From Candidatus Latescibacterota bacterium (GTDB lineage Bacteria; Latescibacterota; UBA2968; GCA-2709665), in contig OZ241917.1 of the NCBI GenBank assembly GCA_965203805.1, positions 2,912,001 to 2,976,000 of the forward strand: a DNA stretch of 64,000 bases. The letters run 5' to 3'. Under the pieces are notes generated by a model, which was not told the origin of the DNA, did not search any database, and was given only the letters and a program-made list of their open reading frames with translations. Below are positions 39,793 through 50,062 of this stretch, piece after piece (within the stretch, counting starts at the first letter, position 1; each line of letters starts with the position of its first letter). The position numbers and the translations under genes were made by a program.

Positions 39793-40350
39793 ATGCAGAA
39801 AGTTCCACGACACAGGGTATTTGTAAGTTTCCATCAGGAAGACGACTTCTACAAGGATCTGTTCGTACAAATGATGGAAGACGACATTGTGGACGAATCA
39901 GTTGGAGATGGTGATATAGACGATGACAATTTGGCTACCGATACAGTCCGCAGGATTATCCGTGATGGGTACATCAGAGATGCTACGGTCACGGTCGTAC
40001 TTGTCGGACCCTGCACGTGGCAGCGAAAACACGTTGACTGGGAAATAGGTTCTAGCTTGCGAGCTACCAAGCGGAATCCTAGATGTGGCCTGTTGGGGAT
40101 TCTGCTTCCGAATCATCCGAACGCAACTACTGAAAAATACAACTCTCGTTTAATACCGCCGCGTCTTGCTGACAATACTTGTGGAGAAGATCCTTACGCG
40201 CTAATCTACGATTGGACATACAAGACTTCAAGCGTTCGAAATTGGATCCATCGGGCCTTTGTTCGGAGAGATGGTACGCCACCAGACAACAGTAGGGTGC
40301 AGTTCCGATACAACAGAAGTGGATCCTGTTCGACGGGTTGGCAGAGCTAG
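39793..40350 (+). CDS. ThsB-like TIR domain protein (DUF1863/MTH538 type)
   Basis: VFVSFH, TVTVVLVG..TWQRKHVDWEI (catalytic Glu), GLLGILLP, IPPRL. Confidence 0.88.
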   Translation: MQKVPRHRVFVSFHQEDDFYKDLFVQMMEDDIVDESVGDGDIDDDNLATDTVRRIIRDGYIRDATVTVVLVGPCTWQRKHVDWEIGSSLRATKRNPRCGLLGILLPNHPNATTEKYNSRLIPPRLADNTCGEDPYALIYDWTYKTSSVRNWIHRAFVRRDGTPPDNSRVQFRYNRSGSCSTGWQS

Positions 40351-40355
40351 GAGCT

Positions 40356-41660
40356 ATGACCAGCATTCCGCTTCCATACCCAGCCTACAAACCGACAGGC
40401 GTCCCGTGGCTAGGGGACTTACCGGAGCATTGGGAAATGCGCCGGGGTAAGTCCCTCCTGACCCCGGTTGATATTCGTTCCGAGACCGGGGACGAAGAGT
40501 TGTTAACAGTTTCTGCTCAGCAGGGAGTTATCCCAAGGGAATCCACCGACGTAACTATGTTTAAAGCAGAATCATACGTTGGCTACAAGCTATGTTGGCC
40601 GGGAGATCTCGTGATCAACAGTTTGTGGGCTTGGGCACACGGATTAGGCGTTTCCCAGCATTACGGCATCGTTAGTACCGCCTATGGTGTCTACCGCCCG
40701 TTGTCAAGAATACATACTCAATTTATCCATCAGTTCGTCCGCTCAATCCCATTTCAATGGGAGTTGCAAGTACGCTCAAAGGGAATATGGGTATCGCGAC
40801 TTCAATTGACCGACGAGGCATTTCTAAATGCGCCGTTCCCCGTCCCAACCGTCGCCGAACAAGCCGCCATCGTCCGCTATCTTAATCACAGTGAAGAACG
40901 AATCCAGCGCTACATAAGAGCGAAGGAGCGGTTCATCCGGCTCCTTTGGGAAGAGAAGCAGACCGTAATTCACCGCGCCGTGACCCGCGGTCTCGATCCG
41001 AACGTACCCCTCAAACCCTCAGGTGTTGAATGGCTCGGCGACATCCCGGCACATTGGCAGGTTTCCAGGGTGAAGGCTGAATTCGTCTCTTTGGACAATC
41101 GTCGCGTGCCATTGAGCGCGATCGAGCGAGGAGCAATGGAAGAGCGACGATATGACTATTATGGCGCATCTGGTGTAATTGATAAGGTTGAGGACTATAT
41201 TTTTAACGATGAAGTATTGCTAATTGCAGAAGATGGAGCAAATCTCGTTCTTCGCAATTTACCACTTGCCATCATAGCTCGCGGAAAGTTCTGGGTGAAT
41301 AACCACGCACATGTATTAAAGCCTCGACATGGCAACCTTGGCTATTTGGCGGCGGCAATGGAGAGTCTAAACTATACTCCGTGGATATCCGGGGCAGCAC
41401 AACCGAAACTCACACAAGATCGACTCTTAAACATCTCGATCGCCGTGCCACCCATAGTTGAGCAAGATCAAATCATCGCCAAGGCAGAAGAACAGACAAA
41501 CAGACTGACTTTGGCCATCACACGTGCTCGGAGACAAATCGAGTTGATGCAGGAATACCGCACGAAGTTAATTGCGGACGTGGTTACCGGCAAGCTGGAT
41601 GTGCGCGGGACGGAGGTCGATTTGCCCTTTAGATTTACTGAGACGGCACCGGCAGTATAG
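40356..41660 (+). CDS. hsdS: Type I RM specificity subunit
   Basis: YKPTGVPWLGDLPEHW, EQAAIVRYL, KPSGVEWLGDIPAHW, LIADVVTGKLDVR. Confidence 0.95.
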   Translation: MTSIPLPYPAYKPTGVPWLGDLPEHWEMRRGKSLLTPVDIRSETGDEELLTVSAQQGVIPRESTDVTMFKAESYVGYKLCWPGDLVINSLWAWAHGLGVSQHYGIVSTAYGVYRPLSRIHTQFIHQFVRSIPFQWELQVRSKGIWVSRLQLTDEAFLNAPFPVPTVAEQAAIVRYLNHSEERIQRYIRAKERFIRLLWEEKQTVIHRAVTRGLDPNVPLKPSGVEWLGDIPAHWQVSRVKAEFVSLDNRRVPLSAIERGAMEERRYDYYGASGVIDKVEDYIFNDEVLLIAEDGANLVLRNLPLAIIARGKFWVNNHAHVLKPRHGNLGYLAAAMESLNYTPWISGAAQPKLTQDRLLNISIAVPPIVEQDQIIAKAEEQTNRLTLAITRARRQIELMQEYRTKLIADVVTGKLDVRGTEVDLPFRFTETAPAV

Positions 41661-42965
41661 TAATCCGATCGAATCTCGAAAAGTGTCACTATCTACGAAA
41701 ATGGAATGAACAATGCACCGATCTGAGGAATCTCAAGATGACGATTTTATGCGTGCCGTGAAGATCGGGGAAGAAAACGCCGAATGCCTGATGCAGATGC
41801 AGAAGTGGTGCAAGCATGTTGAAATTGAACGAACTTCGGAAGGGCTATATGCGCAATTTACAGGCCTACCTATAGCAAACCACAGCTTGGCGTGTCCGAA
41901 AGTGGAGGGTAAGGCGGAGTCTATGAATCTCCGCTGGATTTTCTCGGATTTTCTTGCAGAATACTGCGCCACCTGTCCTCATCACGCACCAAACGGGGAC
42001 ACTTCGTGGGGTAGGGAGATCATTGACAGGCGCCGGAGAGAAGCCCAAGAGCGCCAGCAAGCAAAAGAGGAGGAAGCCTCCCGAATATCCAGGCTACGCG
42101 AAGAGTTACGATCAATATCCCGTGGCATTAGTGCGGAAACAGAGCCCGAATCGCACCAAGTCCTCGGATATTTAGAAGCGATATTTTCAGAAACCGAAGA
42201 CGAACGAATCGAAGCCTTCGAAAGTTTGAAGCAATCTGCCCGCGTGGGTGCAGATCTCTTTCCGGAGGCTGCTGTCGACTTGGCCTTGACGCTTGCAGGC
42301 ACCAAGGATTTTGCCATTTTCCTGCTTCCTGTCTGTACTGAACTTGCAAAGAAGCGCTCCGATTTAGGCACAAACCTAGGTCGTATAGCAATCGACAACA
42401 TTGAGAAGGGACTATGTCCAGAATTGTCCGCTTCGGTACTTGATGCACTCGGCGACGGCATTGGGTATCCACTTAGCGAACCGTCTATTGAGAAACTGCT
42501 ACTTTCACAGGATCATGAATACCCAATCGGTGGCTGGAACGAAAGTAAACCTGAGTACCCGCATAGCACCGCAGTTATTGTACGCAGTTTTGACGCCGAT
42601 CCGTACGTGGTTCAGAGCATTGTCCGTCGCGAACTGCAGAATGAGAATCCCGCTATACGCTTCGGGTTGTGTGGAGCAGTCAGGCTTATACAAAACCAAC
42701 GCCCCGAGCTAATTCGGAACCTGCTCGATGACTTCCTTCAATCACTCGATCTTCGAGAGGTCGCACGGTCGGGCGACGGGACGCCATCGGATCAAATTAT
42801 CGGCATTCTGCAATCAGCATTTCAATATTCCCCTAGCGCGGCTTCGCTATGCTCAGCCGCAACCAAAGAGGTGGTAGTCAAGAGCAGATTGTTTTTGGGT
42901 ATGTAAAACGGCGTTCATCCCCTATGATGTTGGTACCCACCGCCATCAAGGTAAGGAGGAACGCC

Positions 42966-44528
42966 GTGAAAGACTTCGTGGACCAATATAGTGAAAAAAT
43001 CACGGGCGTGGTATCCTGTTTTGATCGGATTCTGTTCAAGGGGTATCTGCCGCTGGGATTTGGAACTGCGATGGAGCGTTTCATCAGCAATCAAGGTTTG
43101 TTGTTGAAGGATTTCAAGCGTTTTGTAACGACGCATTCCGAAACGATCAAAGCGCACGCGGAGGCGATGGCGAACAAGCGCGAGCGCCCGTTCCTCTATC
43201 TCGACCGCAACAACGTCAGGAAAGAGGATGAAGCGCGACGCATCGCCCAACGAGATGGGATCACACGCGGCCTGGTCTGTGTGTTTCGCGCCGTGGAAGG
43301 CTGTCAGAGTTTCAAGCTGGTGCCGGGGGAAGGAAGGCCTCGCCTGCGCAACGCCCAGCGGAAGTGCCTGTGTTACTACTTCTACTATATCGACCGGGAG
43401 TTCGGGTTGTTGCATGTTCGCATCCAGTCGTGGTTCCCCCTGGTGGTGCAGGTCTGTCTCAATGGCCACGAATACCTGGCGCGCAAGCTTGATAAAAACG
43501 GCATTGCCTATGACAAATCAGACAACGCGTTTCTTTGGATCGACGATGTGGCCCGGGCGCAACGGTTTGCCGATCGTTTTGTCGAGAAAAATTGGCCGCG
43601 CATTCTCTCCGCGCTTGCTGGCAGGGTCAACCCCCTGCTCAAAGACCTGCTTTCGGAAATGGACTATTACTGGGTCGTTGACCAGGCCGAGTTCGCCACC
43701 GACGTGATGTTCCAAAGCCCCCACGCCCTGAAGGTGCTGTATGAAAACCTGCTCAGACATACGGTGCTGTGCTTCTCTCCCGAGGATATCCTGACCTTCC
43801 TGGGCCTGCCTGCCGAGCATAGCCCGGCGCAGGCAGGACGCAAACTCCACGGCAACTTTCAGGGCGAAGTCCTCACGGACTTCAAGAACAAACGCCACCC
43901 CGGCGCACGGGTCAAACACCGGATGTGTGAGAACTGGATTAAAATGTACGACAAACAAGGGTGCGTACTACGCGTCGAGACAGTGATCAACCATCCAAGG
44001 CAGTTCAAGGTCCGCCGCTGGGGCATACGGCAAGGACAACGGATGATGGGCTGGTATCCCATGGCCAAAGGGGTGGCCAACCTCTACCGCTATCGGGAAA
44101 TCTCATTGACGGCCAACCAACACTATCTTCAGGCGCTGTCCGCCGCACCGAACACCGCGAAGAGCCGTCACAGCCTCACCGCACTGGCCCGACCACGCAG
44201 GCACAAGGGGCGTACCTATCGGGGCTTCAACCCTGCCGATACCAACGACCTCGCCCTCTTCACCGCCGTCTTGAAAGGCGAACACGCCCTGATGGGCTTC
44301 CGCAATCAAGACATCCGCAAACACCTCTTCAAACAACCCAGATCCCTCGACCAGCGCCGACGGCAGGCCAACGCCGTCAGCCGACTCCTCAAGCGACTAC
44401 ACGTTCGGGGCCTGATCGCTAAAATCCCTCGTTCCAGAAGATGGCGCGTCACACATTCCGGACACGTTACACTTGCTACTTCCCTGACCCTTTACGACAA
44501 CCACACAACCTCTATGCAAGCAGCGTGA
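42966..44528 (+). CDS. Putative transposase (520 aa) with YDK..RVE motif and C-terminal winged HTH
   Basis: Only long ORF in the element; AAGGAGG RBS; IKMYDKQGCVLRVETVIN; VSRLLKRLHVRGLIAKIPRSRRW. Confidence 0.75.
   Translation: MKDFVDQYSEKITGVVSCFDRILFKGYLPLGFGTAMERFISNQGLLLKDFKRFVTTHSETIKAHAEAMANKRERPFLYLDRNNVRKEDEARRIAQRDGITRGLVCVFRAVEGCQSFKLVPGEGRPRLRNAQRKCLCYYFYYIDREFGLLHVRIQSWFPLVVQVCLNGHEYLARKLDKNGIAYDKSDNAFLWIDDVARAQRFADRFVEKNWPRILSALAGRVNPLLKDLLSEMDYYWVVDQAEFATDVMFQSPHALKVLYENLLRHTVLCFSPEDILTFLGLPAEHSPAQAGRKLHGNFQGEVLTDFKNKRHPGARVKHRMCENWIKMYDKQGCVLRVETVINHPRQFKVRRWGIRQGQRMMGWYPMAKGVANLYRYREISLTANQHYLQALSAAPNTAKSRHSLTALARPRRHKGRTYRGFNPADTNDLALFTAVLKGEHALMGFRNQDIRKHLFKQPRSLDQRRRQANAVSRLLKRLHVRGLIAKIPRSRRWRVTHSGHVTLATSLTLYDNHTTSMQAA
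43805..43837. repeat. 33-bp palindromic element inserted in frame
   Basis: CCTGCCTGC..GCAGGCAGG; relative at 60569-60631. Confidence 0.75.
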
Positions 44529-45917
44529 CCAAACTTCTATGCATTTTGCGTTGAAGTCTTACTGTAAGACTCTAAGGCGGTTGATACGCACCTTGCCCGG
44601 TCAATCTCACGCGTTCGCCCGGCCGTTCAGAAAAACATCGTCAGTGTTTACGAAAGACAGTTCTTAGCTCAGAGGGATCGATGGAAAAAGAACGAAAAAG
44701 AGACTGAACGAAAAGAGGTCTCGGAATCAGAAAATGTGGCGATTCAACGCCTACTGGCTTGGGCAAAAGATGACGCACTAGAAATTGAGATTCGCCGCGA
44801 TTCGGTTCAGGCGTTGAAGTCCGCCTGCACATACGCGACTACGGCCATGCTATGCCATTTTGACTTCCTCTTAGGATATTATGCAATCGTCAGCGGTAAC
44901 GAAAAGCCACCGGATCCACCTCCGAGGATTCTGCATCCCAATCAACCACGGGACACTCAGCTTGATCAACTGCAACTATTCAGGCGCAACCAACTCTGGG
45001 GATTCTTTAAGCAAAACTTGCGTTCATGCCTGCACGAGATTTGCAAAGCAAAGCCGCTAGAGGCGTTCGATTTGGTCTGCGGCTGTTTGGAAGACTCCTC
45101 AGAACCGCTTGCGGACGATTTCAAGGCGCTCTGCGTGTCGCTTCTTGGTGAACTTGGCCGAGACTACAGGCTTCAGCCACGTGTTTTGCCTCATTTGTGG
45201 CGCGCATTGATGGACTACGAATCTGCATGGGTTCGCACCAAAGCCTTACATTCTACTGTCGAGTTGTTTTCATTGTCTTCAACCTCACCACCGGCAAACC
45301 TCGTAGACACAATGATCATCCACCTCCAAGATTCAAAGGTCGGCGTTCACCAAGCTGCCTTGCGAGTTGTGTCTACATTTCCCCGTTGGTTTGACAAGAA
45401 CCAGTCGATCGAAATTCTTAGCTGTCTCGGACGACACCTTGATGTGTACGGCGATGACAAGTACCAACTTGAAAAAATATGCACAGGAATACTGAAAATC
45501 TCTTGTCGTGATAAGCGCCTCAAGCCAGTCGCTTTGCGTATGGTTGAGTCTGTGTATCCGACAGGAGAGGAATTTGTAGATAGAGACATCGCAGAACAGC
45601 TGACTCATTTCTACAAGCCAAGCAATAGATTCGCAGATTCAGTGGCCAAGGATGTCGGTACCTATTTGGCAAGCTATGACCGAGACCGCTACAACCATTA
45701 CGGGTTTTCGGAACGTCTCCGTATGTTCAAGTGGCTGCACGAACTGCCGATAGAAACACTCCAACGTGTCGCCGATAACCTTCTTTCGTCCGCAGAAGAG
45801 ATGGCTGGGAATGATTACTGGGAATCCATGCATTTCGCAAGTCTCTTTCAACATTTGCGGATGGCTGAATACGAGCATGCCGTGTTGGATTCTGTTATAA
45901 AATCTTTACCTGAAGAA

Positions 45918-46206
45918 CACTGCTGTCCAAGAACCGTCGGATTCTCAGAGATAAGGTTCGAAATATAGCTTCAATTGGCGATTTTGGACGGGTTTGACCC
46001 GGATAATGAAAACCAGGTTGCCATCGTCTGCGCAATGCTGTCCAAGAACAAAGTGACTCATCCAGTGGCCATAATCGTGCTGTTCCCGTCTCATTAAGCC
46101 CGTGAAATAGGCACTTTTTGAAACTCACGCTACCTTGGTCGAAGCGCTGCTTCGCGGAAGTGAACCAGATGCTGTCCAAGACAGAAACCGATTTTGGACA
46201 GGTGTG
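45918..46206. mobile_element. 289-bp MITE with imperfect TIRs and 9-bp TSD
   Basis: TSD CCTGAAGAA at 45909-17 and 46207-15; ends CACTGCTGTCCAA / TTGGACAGGTGTG. Confidence 0.88.
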
Positions 46207-46340
46207 CCTGAAGAACCAAGGTTTGAGACGCTCCGTGCGGATTTATATAAGATCGCGATGATCTCTGCAGGAAATGCGTCATTACAGGCTGGTGACAAAA
46301 CGACGGCTGTAGAATTCTTCGAAAAGGGAAGGCATGGAGC

Positions 46341-47837
46341 GTGATACGGGAACCGGAATTGGATCTTAAGCATGCCGCTAATTCAGCCCGGCTTATCTAT
46401 GACATACGCGTGGTTTTGAACTCGAGTACTGAATTCAATAGGGATTGGGCTAAGGAGATCGGTTCTCTGATTGACCGTATTGACGAGATCCTGGCTAAGA
46501 CGCCAATCGCGCATGTCTCATTCGAGTGGAAAGTCATGATTGCTGGGTTTCGTGTCTTATTGGGTCAGGTAAACAGTGTGGCGATTGCCGAGGGCGGCGA
46601 AGGTGACTTGACTATCGAAAGAGAAAAACGTGATGTCCTTTTCGGCGAAATGAAACGATTGGTCACGTCAAATGCCGGCCTATTACCGATCAGCACGAAG
46701 TCATCGTGGCAATCATTGCTCAATGCAGGGACAGTTGATTCCGATAGATTACGCGAATTTCTGTCAATGGTCCCGTTATCCACGTTATATTGGCAAACGA
46801 GGGAATTTGACCTTCCAGATCGGAATGCGTTTAAAGGAACCGAAGCAAAACCGAAACCGATTGTACGGGTTGTTGTATTTCTGGATAATGCTCCGATCGC
46901 AAGCCCACAGCTCTTGCGGCCAAACATTCTATATCCGCTGAAATTTAGAGTCCATGGTGTAACTTGGCCTGTCGACGGGAAGCGCTTACGCCTTGATTTG
47001 ATGACTACACTTCCACAAGAGGAGTTCTCATTGTCCGAATACACTCTCGACGCACCATCTTGTATCAAAAATGGTGAGTACCAGGGTGAATTGGCGGGCT
47101 ATATCAAGTTCAACTCGGCGCAAAGCAGCATGTTGGATGATCTTGCATTCACAGTTCGCGGAGCATTCGATACACCTGACGGGCATCCTATCGAGGTTCC
47201 AGTTATTGGTCACAATGAGTTGCGCCTCAAAATTGTCGATGAAGTCAGTCATCCTTTGATGACGGGAAACCGACGCTTGGACAGGCACGTTGCGGAGCTT
47301 ATTTCAACTCTGATATCAGACTGTCCTGAAGTTCGAGCCGAACTACCTAGCTTGTTGGTAATGCTTCACGCTTTGACCGGCTTGTTGTCTACTTATGCAC
47401 AAGAAGCCGTTTTCAAAGGGAGAAGCGACGTTTCTGAGTCGGAATTCCAGACAAAAGTGACGGGAGATTTGCGAAGACAACTCGGACCAGACGTACAAGA
47501 ACACCCACACCAGGCGGGCGGAATCCCTGATATCAGATTTCGAGGCGTAATTGTTGAGCTAAAGGTCGAAAAAGAAAACGGGAATCGAAATCACATAGCG
47601 AAAAAATACGCGGCCCAGGCAGTTCAATACGCCAGCCCTGAGGCGCGGCAGGTAAGTATTCTCCTTGTACTGGACCTGACGGAAAAGGAAAACCCACCCG
47701 GCGACATTCGCAATGACATTATGCTTACTGATGTACCGACTCATGGGACAGTTGATAGTGCCGAAAAATTCCCGTCCAAGGCGTTTGTGTTCGTGATAAA
47801 CGGGAACATGAAGAACCCATCAAGTTACTCCGCGTAA
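46341..47837 (+). CDS. Hypothetical protein with C-terminal PD-(D/E)xK nuclease-like domain
   Basis: ESEFQ..QEH..GGIPDI..VELKV..QAVQY; GTGA overlap with the upstream gene. Confidence 0.65.
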   Translation: MIREPELDLKHAANSARLIYDIRVVLNSSTEFNRDWAKEIGSLIDRIDEILAKTPIAHVSFEWKVMIAGFRVLLGQVNSVAIAEGGEGDLTIEREKRDVLFGEMKRLVTSNAGLLPISTKSSWQSLLNAGTVDSDRLREFLSMVPLSTLYWQTREFDLPDRNAFKGTEAKPKPIVRVVVFLDNAPIASPQLLRPNILYPLKFRVHGVTWPVDGKRLRLDLMTTLPQEEFSLSEYTLDAPSCIKNGEYQGELAGYIKFNSAQSSMLDDLAFTVRGAFDTPDGHPIEVPVIGHNELRLKIVDEVSHPLMTGNRRLDRHVAELISTLISDCPEVRAELPSLLVMLHALTGLLSTYAQEAVFKGRSDVSESEFQTKVTGDLRRQLGPDVQEHPHQAGGIPDIRFRGVIVELKVEKENGNRNHIAKKYAAQAVQYASPEARQVSILLVLDLTEKENPPGDIRNDIMLTDVPTHGTVDSAEKFPSKAFVFVINGNMKNPSSYSA

Positions 47838-48347
47838 TGGCTTTGGCGAATTCGCGTCAAGGCCAAGGCATTTGGTGCGAATTCGTTGAAATCATCTCTA
47901 TCGTAACAATTGACTGAGATCGCCCCACCGATTCTGCGTGATACGGCATCCGATCGGACACAACGCTTTCGCCACCTATGCAACCAACGCCCGCTCGGCG
48001 ATATCAGGCGATACGGCTAATCAGGAATTGTGCCATTAAACCAGAAATAGACTCAAAAGCATAATTTCAGCACAATTGCGGCATAATGTATTTCATAGAT
48101 ATCTGTTTATTTGGATCTTATTACATTGTTCCTTTTTGACAAAGCATTATGCCTTACGCAAAAAAGTCGCAATTCATATGTTCGGTGAGCGGATCCCTCC
48201 TGATATGATGAAGACCGTGCTCGGTTTAGCCTAACCGCGATTGCCGCGCCAACTGGGAATGCTGACCGATGTCGGAGGTTGCCTGACGCTGGAACCTGAA
48301 TTTCCATTGGCCTGTAATTGACTGAGAAACGTCGGAACTACAATTGA

Positions 48348-48406
48348 ATTCTATAACCCATTAATTTTATTGAAGTTGTTTAATTGACGGGTAATTGACT
48401 GGAAAC
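48348..48406 (+). repeat. 59-bp direct repeat, copy 1
   Basis: 57/59 identical to 50254-50312. Confidence 0.9.
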
Positions 48407-48595
48407 GCCACCTGCCGACCGGCGTCCGCGCGCGATTCACCTCGGATGTGCATACCGAAAAGATACTCGTAAATGAGGCGGTGGCCAATCTGTCAGAGAA
48501 GACCGATCAGCCGCACTCCTGCGCCCCGAGGAAGCCGTGATCATCGGCAGGGCGGAGATCGCCAATGGCTTCGACCTGACGCAACAGGCCGCAAA

Positions 48596-50062
48596 ATGAC
48601 AACCAATAGAAATCGAGACTACCTGCTCGACCTGATAAGAGAATTGCGCAACCTGCCTCATGAGACCGAATGGGTCGAGTTCAAGGTAAACCACCACGAA
48701 CCGAAGACCATAGGTGAGTACGTCTCCGCACTTTCCAACGCGGGAGCCCTGCATGACAAGACTCACGGATACATCCTGTGGGGCGTTGAAGATGGAACTC
48801 ACGACATTGTTGGCACAGACTTTTTTCCGGCTGTTGCGAAGAAGGGCAGCGAACCGCTGGAGACGTGGCTACTCCAGTTATTAAAACCACGCATAGACTT
48901 CCGGTTCCACGAAGTAACGATTGACGGGAAGCGGGTCGTAATTATGGAGATTGATCGTGCCTCCCGGCACCCAGTCGCCTTCGCGGGCGTCGAGTTTATC
49001 CGTATTGGCAGCACAAAGAGAAAACTCAAAGACTATCAGGAAAAGGAACGAGAACTCTGGCGCGTTTTCGACCGGGTGAGTTTCGAAGATGGCATCGCCG
49101 CCGAGCGAGTAAGTGACGGTGACGTTCTGTCAATGATCGACTACCCTGCATACTTCGATTTGCTTGAATTGCCGCTTCCCGATGGTCGTGAAGCGATCCT
49201 TTATGCATTGCAGAGTGACCGACTCATCGCCCCCGGCGAAGCGGGCGGCTTCGACATCACCAATATGGGCGCCATTTTGTTCGCCAGGAACCTTCCCGAC
49301 TTCCCGAATCTGAAGCGCAAAGCCATGCGCGTCATACAGTATCGTGGCAATGGCCGGATAGAGACATTGAGAGAGCAGGAAGGCGTTCGCGGCTATGCGG
49401 TCGGATTCAAAGGAATTATCGACTACATCATGGCGCTCGTGCCCACGAACGAAGTGATTCAACAGGCCTTGCGAAGGACGGTGCCGATGTTTCCCGACCT
49501 GGCCGTTCGAGAACTCGTTGCCAACGCGCTCATCCACCAGGACTTTCTCGTCACGGGTGCGGGACCGATGGTAGAGATCTTCGATGACCGCATTGAGATT
49601 ACGAATCCGGGCGAGCCCCTCGTGGATACGCGACGTTTTTTGGACGCATCACCCAGGTCCCGAAACGAGGCCCTGGCCTCACTGATGCGCCGGGTTCGCA
49701 TCTGCGAGGAACGGGGCAGCGGGATCGACAAGGTTGTCCTTGAAATTGAGTCATACCATCTGCCGGCGCCGCTTTTCGAGGTTCCTCCGGATTCTACTCG
49801 CGCAGTTCTCTTCGCCCACAAGACCCTGGCTGACATGGACGGAGAGGAGCGGATAAGAGCTTGTTACCTCCATGCATGCCTCAAGTACGTGATGCGAGAT
49901 TACCTTACCAATGCATCGCTTCGAGAGAGATTTGGCATCGAAGAGAATAACAAGGCTATCGCCTCTCGCCGCATTCGCGAGGCCATGGACGCTGACATGA
50001 TCAAGCCGTTTGACGAAAATGCCTCCCGAAGAATGATGAAATACGTCCCATTCTGGGCCTGA
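48596..50062 (+). CDS. AlbA_2 (Schlafen-like) plus HATPase_c_4/RecG-C domain protein
   Basis: ETEWVEFK, SALSN, ILWGVED, RELVANALIHQD, ITNPG, EERGSG, YVPFWA. Confidence 0.88.
   Translation: MTTNRNRDYLLDLIRELRNLPHETEWVEFKVNHHEPKTIGEYVSALSNAGALHDKTHGYILWGVEDGTHDIVGTDFFPAVAKKGSEPLETWLLQLLKPRIDFRFHEVTIDGKRVVIMEIDRASRHPVAFAGVEFIRIGSTKRKLKDYQEKERELWRVFDRVSFEDGIAAERVSDGDVLSMIDYPAYFDLLELPLPDGREAILYALQSDRLIAPGEAGGFDITNMGAILFARNLPDFPNLKRKAMRVIQYRGNGRIETLREQEGVRGYAVGFKGIIDYIMALVPTNEVIQQALRRTVPMFPDLAVRELVANALIHQDFLVTGAGPMVEIFDDRIEITNPGEPLVDTRRFLDASPRSRNEALASLMRRVRICEERGSGIDKVVLEIESYHLPAPLFEVPPDSTRAVLFAHKTLADMDGEERIRACYLHACLKYVMRDYLTNASLRERFGIEENNKAIASRRIREAMDADMIKPFDENASRRMMKYVPFWA

Larger units (their letters stand above)
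42834..44572 (+). mobile_element. 1739-bp insertion sequence with hairpin ends and no TIRs
   Basis: Precise removal restores the host frame; ends are shared with the MITE at 35589. Confidence 0.9.
41713..46344 (+). pseudogene. 864-aa Cys-rich/helical-repeat protein interrupted by an IS and a MITE
   Basis: Joining 41713-42835, 44575-45917 and 46216-46344 gives one 2595-nt open frame (YSP|KAVD, LPEE|PRFE). Confidence 0.85.

Noticed and set aside
42836-42906. C-terminus of the 397-aa ORF and N-terminal extension of the 559-aa ORF
   Set aside because: Read-through into IS left-end DNA; true IS gene start is GTG 42966
42834-44572. IS110, IS200/605 or IS91 assignment
   Set aside because: No DEDD/Ser or HUH motifs recognised in the protein
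46135-46344. Independent 69-aa ORF
   Set aside because: Its start lies in the MITE; the remainder is the tail of the interrupted gene
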